Part shown: piece by piece, positions 38,590 through 50,829 of the stretch
Layout of the letters: each line of letters starts with the position of its first letter
Position numbering within the stretch: the stretch's first letter is position 1
Assembly: GCA_951406725.2 (NCBI GenBank)
Contig: OX597843.1
Coordinates: 12,772,001-12,836,000, forward strand
DNA from: Octopus vulgaris
Lineage: Eukaryota
Length of the DNA stretch: 64,000 nucleotides
Direction of reading: 5' to 3'
Notes under the pieces: generated by a model
The model's database searches: none
Told to the model about the DNA's origin: nothing
Seen by the model: the letters and a program-made list of their open reading frames with translations, nothing else
Made by a program: the position numbers and the translations under genes

Positions 38590-39240
38590 ATCCCAAACTG
38601 GGAGCTTCACTATCAGATGCATTTTTATGTCATGCTCAGGAGACACACACATTAAACCCTGACAGATATGACCATTCTGGGTCAGAAAGGCCCTGAGGGT
38701 AATGGTAATTAAGAGATGGTTCTCGGGTCCCCACAGTTCCAGAAAATCCCAAACTGGGAGCTTCACTATCAGATGCATTTTTATGTCATGCTCAGGAGAC
38801 ACACACATTAAACCCTGACAGATATGACCATTCTGGGTCAGAAAGGCCCTGAGGGTAATGGTAATTAAGAGATGGCTCTCGGGTCCCCACAGTTCCAGAA
38901 AATCCCAAACTGGGAGCTTCACTATCAGATGCATTTTTATGTCATGCTCAGGAGACACACACATTAAACCCTGACAGATATGACCATTCTGGGTCAGAAA
39001 GGCCCTGAGGGTAATGGTAATTAAGAGATGGCTCTCGGGTCCCCACAGTTCCAGAAAATCCCAAACTGGGAGCTTCACTATCAGATGCATTTTTATGTCA
39101 TGCTCAGGAGACACACACATTAAACCCTGACAGATATGACCATTCTGGGTCAGAAAGGCCCTGAGGGTAATGGTAATTAAGAGATGGCTCTAGGTCCCCA
39201 CAGTTCCAAAAATCCCAAACTGGGAGCTTCACTATCAGAT
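38590..39240 (+). repeat. 156-bp tandem repeat, about 4.2 near-identical units
   Basis: cccaaactgggag ends at 38604, 38760, 38916, 39072 and 39226. Confidence 0.95.
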
Positions 39241-39840
39241 GCATTTTAAAGTCCTACCATCAGATGCATTTTAAAGTCCTACCATCAGATGCATTTTAAA
39301 GTCCTACCATCAGATGCATTTTAAAGTCCTACCATCAGATGCATTTTAAAGTCCTACCATCAGATGCATTTTAAAGTCCTACCATCAGATGCATTTTAAA
39401 GTCCTGCCATCAGATGCATTTTAAAGTCCTACCATCAGATGCATTTTAAAGTCCGACCATCAGATGCATTTTAAAGTCCTACCATCAGATGCATTTTAAA
39501 GTCCTACCATCAGATGCATTTTAAAGTCCTACCATCAGATGCATTTTAAAGTCCTACCATCAGATGCATTTTAAAATCCTACCATCAGATGCATTTTAAA
39601 GTCCTTCACTATCAGATGCATTTTAAAGTCCTTCACTATCAGATGCATTTTAAAGTCCTTCACTATCAGATGCATTTTAAAGTCCTTCACTATCAGATGC
39701 ATTTTAAAGTCCTACCATCAGATGCATTTTAAAGTCCTTCACTATCAGATGCATTTTAAAGTCCTACCATCAGATGCATTTTAAAGTCCTACCATCAGAT
39801 GCATTTTAAAGTCCTTCACTATCAGATGCATTTTAAAGTC
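39228..39840 (+). repeat. 25/27-bp minisatellite, about 24 units
   Basis: gtcctaccatcagatgcattttaaa and gtccttcactatcagatgcattttaaa. Confidence 0.95.
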
Positions 39841-40124
39841 TGCACTTGCACACACAAACTTGACACATGCAATAATATTTTTGTAACGTTTACTTGTGCT
39901 GTGGTATAAGGAGGTGGTTGGAGTGTGAGAAAATGTGATTGTTTAATGAGGAAATGTCTAATTTATTTGTCTTGTTAATGAGTTTGTTATAATTAGAATA
40001 GGTGAAGGTTAATGTATGTGCATGAAATTGATACATACAAGAGGTTTTGTTAGTGTATGTTGTGTCTGTAATGTGATTCTGTGTAAGAATGGGGAATTTA
40101 GGGAGAATTGACATAAGGTGTTTA

Positions 40125-41470
40125 CATAGGTACAGGTGCGACTGTGTTGTAAGACATTTGCTTCTCAACTAGGTGGTCTCAGGTTCAGGCCCACCGCACA
40201 GCACCTAGGTCATGTCTTTTATCGTAGCACAGCCCCAGGTCAACTAAAGCCTTGGGAACATAGGTACAGGTGCGACTGTGTTGTAAGACATTTGCTTCTC
40301 AACCAGGTGGTCTCAGGTTCAGGCCCACCGCACGGCACCTAGGTCATGTGTCTTTTATCGTAGCACAGCCCCAGGTCAACTAAAGCCTTGGGAACATAGG
40401 TACAGGTGCGACTGTGTTGTAAGACATTTGCTTCTCAACCAGGTGGTCTCAGGTTCAGGCCCACCGCACAGCACCTAGGTCATGTGTCTTTTATCGTAGC
40501 ATAGCCCCAGGTCAACTAAAGCCTTGGGAACATAGGTACAGGTGCGACTGTGTTGTAAGACATTTGCTTCTCAACCAGGTGGTCTCAGGTTCAGGCCCAC
40601 CGCACAGCACCTAGGTCATGTGTCTTTTATCGTAGCACAGCCCCAGGTCAACTAAAGCCTTGGGAACATAGGTACAGGTGCGACTGTGTTGTAAGACATT
40701 TGCTTCTCAAACAGGTGGTCTCAGGTTCAGGCCTACCACACAGCATCTAGGTCATGTGTCTTTTATCGTAGCACAGCCCCAGGTCAACTAAAGCCTTGGG
40801 AACATAGGTACAGGTGTGACTGTGTGTTAAGACGTTTGCTTCTCAAACAGGTGGTCTCAAGTTCAGGCCCACCGCACAACATCTAGGTCATGTGTCTTTT
40901 ATCGTAGCACAGCCCCAGGTCAACTAAAGCCTTGGGAACATAGGTACAGGTGTGACTGTGTGTTAAGACATTTGCTTCTCAACCAGGTGGTCTCAGGTTC
41001 AGGCCCACCGCACAGCATCTAGGTCATGTGTCTTTTTTTCGTAGCACAGCCCCAGGTCAACTAAAGCCTTGGGAACATAGGTACAGGTGCGACTGTGTTG
41101 TAAGACATTTGCTTCTCAACCAGGTGGTCTCAGGTTCAGGCCCACCGCACAACATCTAGGTCATGTGTCTTTTATCGTAGCACAGCCCCAGGTCAACTAA
41201 AGCCTTGGGAACATAGGTACAGGTGCGACTGTGTTGTAAGACATTTGCTTCTCAACCAGGTGGTCTCAGGTTCAGGCCCACCGCACAGCATCTAGGTCAT
41301 GTGTCTTTTATCGTAGCACAGCCCCAGGTCAACTAAAGCCTTGGGAACATAGATACAGGTGCGACTGTTCAGGCCCACCGCACAGCACCTAGGTCATGTG
41401 TCTTTTTTTCGTAGCACAGCCCCAGGTCAATTAAAGCCTTGGGAGTGGATTTGGCGGATGGAAACCCATA
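40125..41470 (+). repeat. 136-bp tandem array (about 10 units) derived from a SINE family A head
   Basis: Units start at 40125, 40259, 40395, 40531, 40667, 40803, 40939, 41076, 41212 and 41348; the last unit continues into gagtggatttggcggatggaaac like the SINE. Confidence 0.9.
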
Positions 41471-41732
41471 GAAACATGTTGCATGTATATAGGTGTATGA
41501 CCATCGTCATCATCATCCTCATCATTTAATGTCTATTTTCCATGTTTGCATGAGTTGGATGGTTTGATAAGGAGCTGGGAAAGGCGGAGAGCTGCACCAG
41601 GCTCTATTACATGCATGGGCAATTCTGTGGCACTAATTTCATACAAAGAGAAATAAACTTTCTTACTAATAGAAATAAAATTAAGAACTGCAAAAAACTC
41701 AGTGTAAGGTGGGCAAGAAATATTTCATGTAT

Positions 41733-42050
41733 ATGGCACATAAAAAGCACCATCCGAACGTGGCCGATGCCAGCACCGCCTCGACTGGCTTCTGTGCCGG
41801 TGGCACATAAAAAGCACCAACCGATCGTGGCTGATGCCAGACCCCTCTGGCACCTGTGCAGGTGGCACGTAAAAAGCACCCACTACACTCGCGGAGTGGT
41901 TGGCGTTAGGAAGGGCATCCAGCCGTAGAAACACTGCCAGATCAGACTGGAGCCTGGAGCAGCCCCTGGCTCCTCAGACCCCAGTCGAACCGTCCAACCT
42001 GTGCTAGCGCGGAAAACGGATGTTAAACGATGGTGATGATGATGATGATG
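41733..42050 (+). mobile_element. Family C (RTE 3'UTR-like) element
   Basis: ggaagggcatccagccgtagaaac...taaacgatggtgatg. Confidence 0.8.
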
Positions 42051-42228
42051 TGTTTTATCATGCGGCCCTCTCCCACTTGGAAATGGTATGATGCGGCCCC
42101 CAGTTGACGGAAAGTTGCCCATCCCTGCTCTATTATCTGCTTTTCACATGGGTTCTACAGCTGGATGCACTTGTTTGTGTGTATATACAAGGGGCTGCAA
42201 AAGTAGGTTTACAGTAAGGATTATAACC

Positions 42229-42459
42229 TATTTCTTTATTACCCACAAGGGGCTAAACACAGAGGGGAAAAACAAGGACAGACATAGGTATTAAGTCGAT
42301 TACATCGACCCCAGTGCGTAACTGGTACTTAATTTATCGACCCCGAAAGGATGAAAGGCAAAGTCGACCTCGGCGGAATTTGAACTCACAACGTAACTCA
42401 GACGAAATACCGCTAAGCATTTCGCCCGGCGTGCTAACGTTTCTGCCAGCTCGCCACCT
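42229..42459 (-). mobile_element. SINE family B
   Basis: Homologous to 16383-16616. Confidence 0.82.
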
Positions 42460-42754
42460 TCTGAGGATTATAACCGACACTCCATCGGTTATTACGACAA
42501 GGGTTCCAGTTGGTCTGATCGATGGAACAGCCTGCTCATGAGTTTAATATGCAAGTGGCTGAGTATTCCTCAGACACGTGTACCCTTAACGTAGTTCTCA
42601 GTGAGATTCAGAATATAACAAACCAAATGTGATGAAACTGGCCATTGAATTATACTTGGATCCTGTGCAGTGAGGGACGAGAATCCATCAGTTAGAACGA
42701 CAAGTGGTCCAGTTGATCCGATCACTGGAACAGCCTGCTCATGGAATTTGCAGG

Positions 42755-43497
42755 CAAGTGGCTGAGCACTCCACAGACACGTTGGACCCTTAACAGGGAG
42801 ATTCAGCATGAACACAGAATGTGACAAGGCTGGCCCTTTGAAATGAAATTAACATACATGTGGCTGAGCACTCCACAGACACGTGTACCCTTAACGTAGT
42901 TCTCAGGGAGATTCAGCGTGACACAGAGTGACAAGGCTGGCCCTTTGAAATGAAATTAACATACAAGTGGCTGAGTACTCCACAGACACATGGACCCTTA
43001 ATGTAGTTCTCAGGGAGATTCAGCATGGACACAGAATGTGACAAGGCTGGCCCTTTGAAATGAAATTAACATACAAGTGGCTGAGCACTCCACAGACACA
43101 TGGACCCTTAATGTAGTTCTCAGGGAGACTTAGCATGGACACAGAATGTGACAAGGCTGGCCCTTTGAAATGAAATTAACATACATGTGGCTGAGCACTC
43201 CACAGACACATGGACCCTTAATGTAGTTCTCAGGGAGACTTAGCATGGACACAGAATGTGACAAGGCTGGCCCTTTGAAATGAAATTAACATACATGTGG
43301 CTGAGCACTCCACAGACACATGGACCCTTAATGTAGTTCTCAGGGAGATTCAGCATGACACAGAATGTGACAAGGCTGGCCCTTTGAAATGAAATTAACA
43401 TACATGTGGCTGAGTACTCCACAGACACATGGACCCTTAATGTAGTTCTCAGGGAGATTCAGTGTGGACACAGAATGTGACAAGGCTGGCCTCTTTG
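42755..43497 (-). repeat. About 110-bp tandem array (about 7 units) inside the tail of a CORE-type SINE
   Basis: agcatggacacagaatgtgacaagg at 43022, 43132 and 43242; the unit is the reverse complement of about 37415-37520. Confidence 0.9.
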
Positions 43498-43644
43498 AAT
43501 TACGGGTGCGACTCATTTTTGCCAGTTGAGTGGATGTGAAATAGTGTGTCTTGCTCAAGGACACAACATGCTGTCTGTGAGGTGAATACCCTAAACCCCT
43601 AATCCCAACCCCTTCACTTACATACATACACACATACATACCAC

Positions 43645-43950
43645 TGGCATTTTGTCAGTTATGATAACAAGGGTTCCTGTTGAGCTGATCCACAGAGCAG
43701 CTTGCTCGTGAAACTTATGTGCAAGTGGCTGAGTACTCCACAGACACATGGACCCTTAACATAGTTCTCAGGGAGATTCAGTGTGACACAGACTGTGACA
43801 AGGCTGGCCCTTTGAATTACATGGACAGCTCATTTTTGCCAGCTGAGTGGACAAGGGCAACATGAAATAAAGTGTCTTGCTCAAGGACACGGTGTGTCAC
43901 CAGGAATTGAACTCAGGACCTTGCAATCCTGAGCCAAACCCCCTAACCAC
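43645..43950 (-). mobile_element. CORE-type SINE with the same tail as 37420-37585
   Basis: Minus strand gagttcaattcctgg..ccttgagcaagacactttatttca, then the shared tail. Confidence 0.75.
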
Positions 43951-44035
43951 ATGAGTAAGCATTATACTAGTATTATAATAAGGGTGCTGGGATTCATTTA
44001 ATCCTAAGGTTCGTTTGATTTATTAAGATCATTAT

Positions 44036-44425
44036 TACTCTTTTACTTGTTTCAGTCATTTGACTGCGGCCATGCTGGAGCACCACCTTTAGTCGAGCAA
44101 ATCGACCCCGGGACTTATTCTTTGTAAGCCCAGTACTTATTGTATCGGTCTCTTTTGCCGAACCGCTAAGTGACGGGGACGTAAACACACCAGCATCGGT
44201 TGTCAAGCAATGCTAGGGGGACAAACACAAACACACAAACATAGACACACACATACACATATATATATATATATATCCGACAGGCTTCTTTCAGTTTCCG
44301 TCAACCAAATCGATTCACAAGGCATTGGTCGGCCCGGGGCTATAGCTGAAGACACTCCCCCAAGATGCCACACAGTGGGACTGAACCCGGAACCATGTGG
44401 TTGGTTAGCAAGCTACTTACCACAC
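44036..44425 (-). mobile_element. SINE family A
   Basis: Family A sequence. Confidence 0.88.
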
Positions 44426-44889
44426 ATCCACTCCTTTCTTCTTTTTATTTTTGTCTGGGAATGTGTAAAAGACAAATTCTTGCCTGCAAGCCACATTCTG
44501 TTGATGCCACGATGCGGTTCATTTGGGAGGCTTGCCAGGAAATTGACGCTGATAAAGAACCTTTGTGCCAGAGTGTACCTGGATGTCCTCACTAGATGAG
44601 TGGGGTATGTGAATATCCAGGGGTGGTGGTGGTGGTGGAACAATTTAAGCACTTGAGGGATTAATAAATTCATTATTATGTTTGTGTAATCAATAAAATA
44701 TGTTTTGTGCGCAAGTTTTGTTTATCATGATTGCATACCTACTTCTACATCCACCATCATCATTTAATGTCCGCTTTCCATGCCGGCATGGGTTGGACGT
44801 TTTGACTGGAAACTGGTCAGCCGGAGGGCTGCCTCAGGTTCCGGTCTGATTTGGCAAGGTCTCTACAGCTGGATGCCGTTCCTAACACC

Positions 44890-45187
44890 TCTCTTTTACT
44901 TGTTTCAGTCATTTGACTGCGGCCATGCTGGAGCACCGCCTTTAGTTGAGCAACTCGACCCCGGGACTTATTCTTTTGTAAGCCCAGTACTTATTGTATC
45001 GGTCTCTTTTGCCGAACCGCTAAGTGACGGGGACGTAAACACATCAGCATCGGTTGTCAAGCAATGCTAGGGGGACAAACACAAACACACAAACACACAC
45101 ATATATATATATATATATATACGACAGGCTTCTTTCAGTTTCCGTCTACCAAATCCACTCACAAGGCATTGGTCGGCCCGGGGCTAT
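44890..45187 (-). mobile_element. SINE family A, 5'-truncated
   Basis: Family A sequence. Confidence 0.85.
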
Positions 45188-45479
45188 GTACTCTCAGGGT
45201 CGATAAAATAAGTACCAGTTGCGCACTGGGATTGACGTTATTGACTTGCTCACTCTGCTAGAATTTCAGGTCTTGTGCCCATAGTTAAAAGGATTAAATA
45301 AAATATAGGATTCTCTGGTTTTATGTAACTTAAAAATGTGAGATGCGATTTGAGGGAGGTTTAGCTATTATTTCTAACAGGTCAAGCAACAATGATGAGT
45401 TTAGTGCATGGTGTCATACATAGATATTGTCAGGGCTGCTGTGCATTGTACAGAATCGTGTGTTAGATGTATGCAGTGA

Positions 45480-46020
45480 AGGTGTGTGTGTGTGTGTGTG
45501 TGTGTGAGAGTGACTGTGTGAGAGAAAGGGGGAGAAAGTGTGCTTGTGTGTGTGTGTGTGAGAAAGAGTGTTTGTGTGTGAGGGTTTGTGTGTGTGTGTG
45601 TGTATGAGAGTGACTGTGTGAGAGAGAGGGAGAAAGTGTGCTTGTGTGTGTGTGTGTGAGGGTTTATGTGTGTGTATGAGATTGTTTGTGTGTGAGTGTG
45701 TGTGTGTGTGTGTGTATGAGAGTGACTGTGTGAGAGAGAGGGAGAAAGTGTGCTTGTGTGTGTGAGAGAGAGAGGGGGAGAAAGCATGCTTGAGTGTGTG
45801 TGAGAGAGAGAGAGAGAGTGTTTGTGTGTGAGGGCTGATGTGTGTGTGTGTATGAGAGTGACTGTGTGTATGAGCAAAAGAGAGAGGGAGAGTGTGCTTG
45901 TGTGTGTGCGTGAGAGAGAGAGAGAGGGAGGAGGAAGCATGCTTGAGTGTGTGAGAGAGTGTGTGTGAGGGCTTATGTGTGTGTGTTTGTGTATGAGAGT
46001 GACTGTGTGTGTGAGTGCAT
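45480..46020. repeat. (GT)/(GA) compound repeat with a recurring gagagtgactgtgtg unit
   Basis: Seen directly. Confidence 0.85.
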
Positions 46021-46281
46021 GTGTGTCATATGCATACGTAAGCATGTGGTATACAATAGCCAATGTGTGTTTGTTTATATATCAGTGTGTGTGTGTGTAT
46101 ATATGCATCTGTGTGTGAGCTGCGACGTATGGCAATGAAAGACTCCTTTGTTGCTATTGTGCTCGTTGCCCATATTGTATACATGTTTTGATGTATATAT
46201 ATATGTATATATATATATATATTTATATTTGTGTTTGTATTGGTGTGTGTGTGTATGTATGTATGAGTGAACTGAAGCTAC

Positions 46282-46329
<48 letters not shown>

Positions 46330-46511
46330 TATATGTATGTATGTATGTGTGAAATGAAATTGCCATATGTGTGCGTGTATATATGCATGACTGTGCATCT
46401 GCATGCATCTGTATATTTATATGTATATTGCATATGTATGCAGAGATGTATGTTTATGTCTGTGCATGCTTAATTGTGTACATGCATGTGTTTGTATGAG
46501 CCAGAGGAAAT

Positions 46512-46554
46512 TATATATATATATCTATACACACATATACATACATACATATAT

Positions 46555-46608
<54 letters not shown>

Positions 46609-46771
46609 GTATATATATATATATATACATACATATATATATACACATATATACATATATGTATATATATATATGTATACATATATATATATATAATATA
46701 TATATATATACATACATATATATATATACATATATATATATATACATACATATATATATATACATATATAT

Positions 46772-46802
<31 letters not shown>

Positions 46803-46811
46803 TATATATAT

Positions 46812-46842
<31 letters not shown>

Positions 46843-46901
46843 TATATAAACATATATATATACATACATATATACATACATATATATATATACATATATA
46901 T

Positions 46902-46932
<31 letters not shown>

Positions 46933-46939
46933 TATATAC

Positions 46940-46972
<33 letters not shown>

Positions 46973-47068
46973 TATATAAACATATATATATACATACATA
47001 TATATATACATATATATATGTATATATATACATATATATATACATACATATATATACATATATATATG

Positions 47069-47100
<32 letters not shown>

Positions 47101-47185
47101 TATATAAACATATATATATACATACATATATATATACATATATATATGTATATATATACATATATATATACATACATATATATAC

Positions 47186-47220
<35 letters not shown>

Positions 47221-47253
47221 CACATATATATATAAACATATATATATACATAC

Positions 47254-47286
<33 letters not shown>

Positions 47287-47400
47287 TATATATAAACATA
47301 CATATATATATATATACATATATATATGTATATATATATATATATAAACATATATATACATACATACATTTATATATATATACATATAAATGCACACACA
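46512..47400. repeat. About 900-bp (TA)n/(CATA)n tract with higher-order period
   Basis: Seen directly. Confidence 0.95.
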
Positions 47401-48363
47401 CATGCATAGAAATATATACACACACACAAATATATGCGTATGTATGTATGCGTTTATATGCATGTATGATTGTGTGCGAGTGTTTAGCTATATAATGACT
47501 TATATCGAAATGCTGCATTTTATTGTTGCATGGTGCACTTGACATGCAGGTGCTATCTGCACATTATGCAGTGCAAGCAACAGTGAAATAACGTCTTTGA
47601 TTTGGTCAAGGAGTTGTTTTCTCTGTGACATTGCCGAAATTCTTTACAAGACAATGAAATGAAATGAACCAGAGTCGACTGAAGTGAAGCGTGATGAATG
47701 GAGAAGTTGAACTCTTTTGTGCTGTGAGATCAACAAAAGGACTGCAGAGCGTCTCTCACTTTCTTTGTCTCTCTCTTTCCTTATCTCTATCGCTCTCTCT
47801 TTCTCTCTATCTCTCATCATAAACTCTTCTCCCACCGTTACACACATCATCACTGTAAATGCCACCACTTCTACCTTCACCACTAGCTCTAAAACCATCA
47901 TCGCTATTAATGCCTCCACTACCACCGCTCACAATTACCATCACTGTTACCACCACCTACACCACTAACATAACTGCCATGTTGTCACCACCACCACCAC
48001 CACCACTACCACCACTGCCACCAACACCACTACCACCTGTGTCCAATAATGTGTTTTATTCAAAGTCTAATAATATGGTCATGCTGTAATGTGATTATCC
48101 AAAACTCTGCTGTAGTTTGCAAGAGGACCTTTGCCTCCGGAAGCTTTTTTTTTTTCAACTGAATAACCAAATTCCCTTTCATCAAACGGGGAACCATGTT
48201 AAATGGCACTGATCACATGACCACTGGGTTGAATCATGTGATCAATTTAGTAAGCATGTAATTTGTGTAAAGCATGAAAATTCTATGAAACAAATGCTGT
48301 GCCTTTTCTTTTCTTTCTCTTCTATATTGCCCCCACACCAGTGGGTGTGTTTGTGTGTATGTA

Positions 48364-48494
48364 AACCAACCACATGGTTCCGGGTTCAGTCCCACTGCGT
48401 GGCATCTTGGGCAAGTGTCTTCTGCTATAGCATCGGGCCGACCAATGCCTTGTGAGTGGATTTGGTAGACGGAAACTGAAAGAAGCCCGTCGTA

Positions 48495-48541
<47 letters not shown>

Positions 48542-49070
48542 TTGTGTGTCTGTGTTTGTCCCCCTAGCATTGCTTGACAACCGATGCTGGAGTGTTTACG
48601 TCCCTGTCACTTAGCGGTTCGGCAAAAGAGACCGATAGAATAAGTACTGGGCTTACAAAGAATAAGTCACGGGGTCGATTTACTTGACTAAAGGCGGTGC
48701 TCCAGCATGGCCGCAGTCAAATGACTGAAACAAGTAAAAGAGAGTAAAAGAGTATGTGTGTATAAACAAGCATAGAAGACTATATTATCTATGAGGGAGG
48801 TGGTGAAAAGATCCTGGGCTTGTATATGTGTGTTGTAAGAAGCTTGCTTCCCAACTACATGGTTCCAGGTTCAGTCCCTCTGCATGGCACCTTGGTTAAG
48901 TGTCTTCTGCTATAGCCCTAGACTGACCAAAGCCTTGTGAGTGGACTAGGTAGATGGAAACTGAAAGAATCCCCTTGTATATATGTATGTATATGTTGGT
49001 GTGTTCATGTCCCTGTAACTCAGCAGTTCGGCAAAAGGATCGATAGAATAAGTACTAGGCTTACAAAGAA
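48364..49070 (+). mobile_element. Two SINE family A copies (48364-48752; 48826-49070, older)
   Basis: Family A sequence. Confidence 0.85.
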
Positions 49071-49397
49071 AAAGATCAGACTGGAGCTTGGTGCAGCCTC
49101 CTGACCTTTCTAAGGTCGTATAATTTTGTAGGTAACAGGTGGGTAAGTTAATGGATAGATATGTAGATAGATTAGGGGGTAGATAAACAGATAGGCAGGC
49201 AAGAAGGTAGGCAGGCAGATGGATATACAGATAGACACACAGACAGACTGATAAATAAATAATCGGGGAAGTATCTAGGTAGAGATGACAGCTGTCTTAT
49301 TTGTTTTTTTATAGTTGTTTTGCTATGTTTTTATTGTTTTATTGTCTAATTTTCTCCCGTTTTCTCTGTTGTTCCAGATGCGGTCAGAGAGGATAAC

Positions 49398-50198
49398 ATG
49401 ATCGTCCCGTACCTGAAAAGCCTGATGCGGCGCCGTTGTCGAGTGCGACTCCGCAAATGGATCGTGCCTTTCGTCGTCATCTTCTTTCTCATTGTCTGGA
49501 TCACACGCCTCAACTCCTTCGACATTGAGGACGACGACGCTGACACAAACTTAGGAATCTGGGGCTATAAAGCCCCGTCAGTAAGAAATGATGACGATGA
49601 CAGCCGCAGCAGCAGCAGCAGCAGCGTGCTGCATTGGCTGTCGGGTCGTGAATTCATTGGTAAACAGCTACTCGCTCACGACTCGAAGAAGATGGCACAG
49701 ATCAAGAACTTCCTGCCAGTTTTGTACCCGTCCGATTGGGGCCAAGCGCCCGAGGCCGACGAGGTCGTCCTTCAGACGCAGAGGCTTCTGTACGACCTCG
49801 GCTACTTTTCAAAGCTCAGCTGCAAGGAGCTGGACGCAGCGCACGTGTTCTCGTCGCTGTCGATCAGCGAGCGGAAGCACGTCGACGTCGGTTTGATCAA
49901 GAAGCGAGAGGTCGTGCTGAAGTCACAGGGTCGTGACCTCAACATAAAGGTCAGCTGCATGCAGAGTGTCTACGACGCGACCAAGTGCACGTTCATGGGG
50001 AACTATCTCCTGCTGCGCGAGGTACTTTTCTACATTGCCCTTGAGAACCCACTCATTGTCCGGCAGCTTGGATTCTGCCTACGCGGGGACCGCATTGCCG
50101 AGCCCCTGCGCCACAAAGGAGTCATACTTGCCATTGAACAGGGTCACCCACTTGTACTCAACGACATCAAACATTACAGCTGGTTGCTACGGTTACAG
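49398..50198 (+). CDS. Coding exon of a PKDCC/VLK-like secretory-pathway protein kinase (N-terminal part, 267 codons; gene continues after the intron)
   Basis: CpG/GC-rich open frame. Acceptor: branch-like ctaat, pyrimidine tract, ttccag| ending at 49377. Donor: CAG|gtaagc at 50198/50199, phase 0. Protein has basic RRRCRVRLRK then a hydrophobic anchor WIVPFVVIFFLIVWIT, followed by LSCKEL..VVLK..C..C..LLLREV..LENPLIVRQLGFC..IEQGHPL..SWLLRLQ. This is collinear with my recollection of the PKDCC N-lobe (VALK..C..C..KLLKEM..LRHPNVLQLYGYC..TELGAP..SWEDRFR). Confidence 0.8.
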
Positions 50199-50829
50199 GT
50201 AAGCATTTCTCTTCATTTACTTTTCTCTCCCTCTCTCTCACTGTCTCTCACTCCCTCTCTCTCCCTCTCTTTCACTGTCTCTCCTCTCCTTCTCCTCTCT
50301 TTCACTGTCTCTCCTTTCTGACTCTCACTGTCTCTCTTCACCTCTCTCTCTCCCTTCCTCCTTTCCAACTCTTACTGTTCCTCCTCCCCCTCTCTCACTG
50401 TCTCTGCTTTCCAACTCTCACCGTTCCTCCTCCCCCCTCTCTCACTATCTCTTCTTCCCAACTCCCTCTCCTTCCCCTTCCCTTTCTCTAAGTTTCTCTC
50501 GCTTTCTCTCCTCCCCTCTCACTCTCTATCCCATGATCTACCTCATCAAATACCTTTGAAAAGTCCAGGTATATCACACTGACATCTGAATGGTCAGGCA
50601 GCTGTTTCAAAACCTAGTCGTAGTGCTGTAGGAGCTGTGTGACCATGGGGATGTCTAAGAGGGCTATTATTAACAGTAATGGCTCCTGGGGTCACCACTT
50701 AGGATTTGAGTTTCCCCAGAAAGTGCACTATTGATTGCAACTACCTGACTTCTGTTTTTAAGGAAATCATGCAGCCACTCTCCCAGTTTACCAGCAATGC
50801 CAAGGTCTCATAGCTTATGACTTATCATG

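Noticed and set aside
38563-39120. 185-aa repetitive ORF
   Set aside because: By-product of a 156-bp (52-codon) tandem repeat; no splice or domain evidence
39228-39840. 25/27-bp repeat array as a CRISPR array
   Set aside because: Repeats are contiguous with no unique spacers, there are no cas genes, and the context is eukaryotic
49346-49936. Alternative-frame and antisense ORFs over the exon
   Set aside because: Shadow ORFs of GC-rich coding sequence
50199-50321. C-terminal VSISLHLLFSPSLSL... of the 307-aa ORF
   Set aside because: Read-through past a strong gtaagc donor into CT-rich intron sequence
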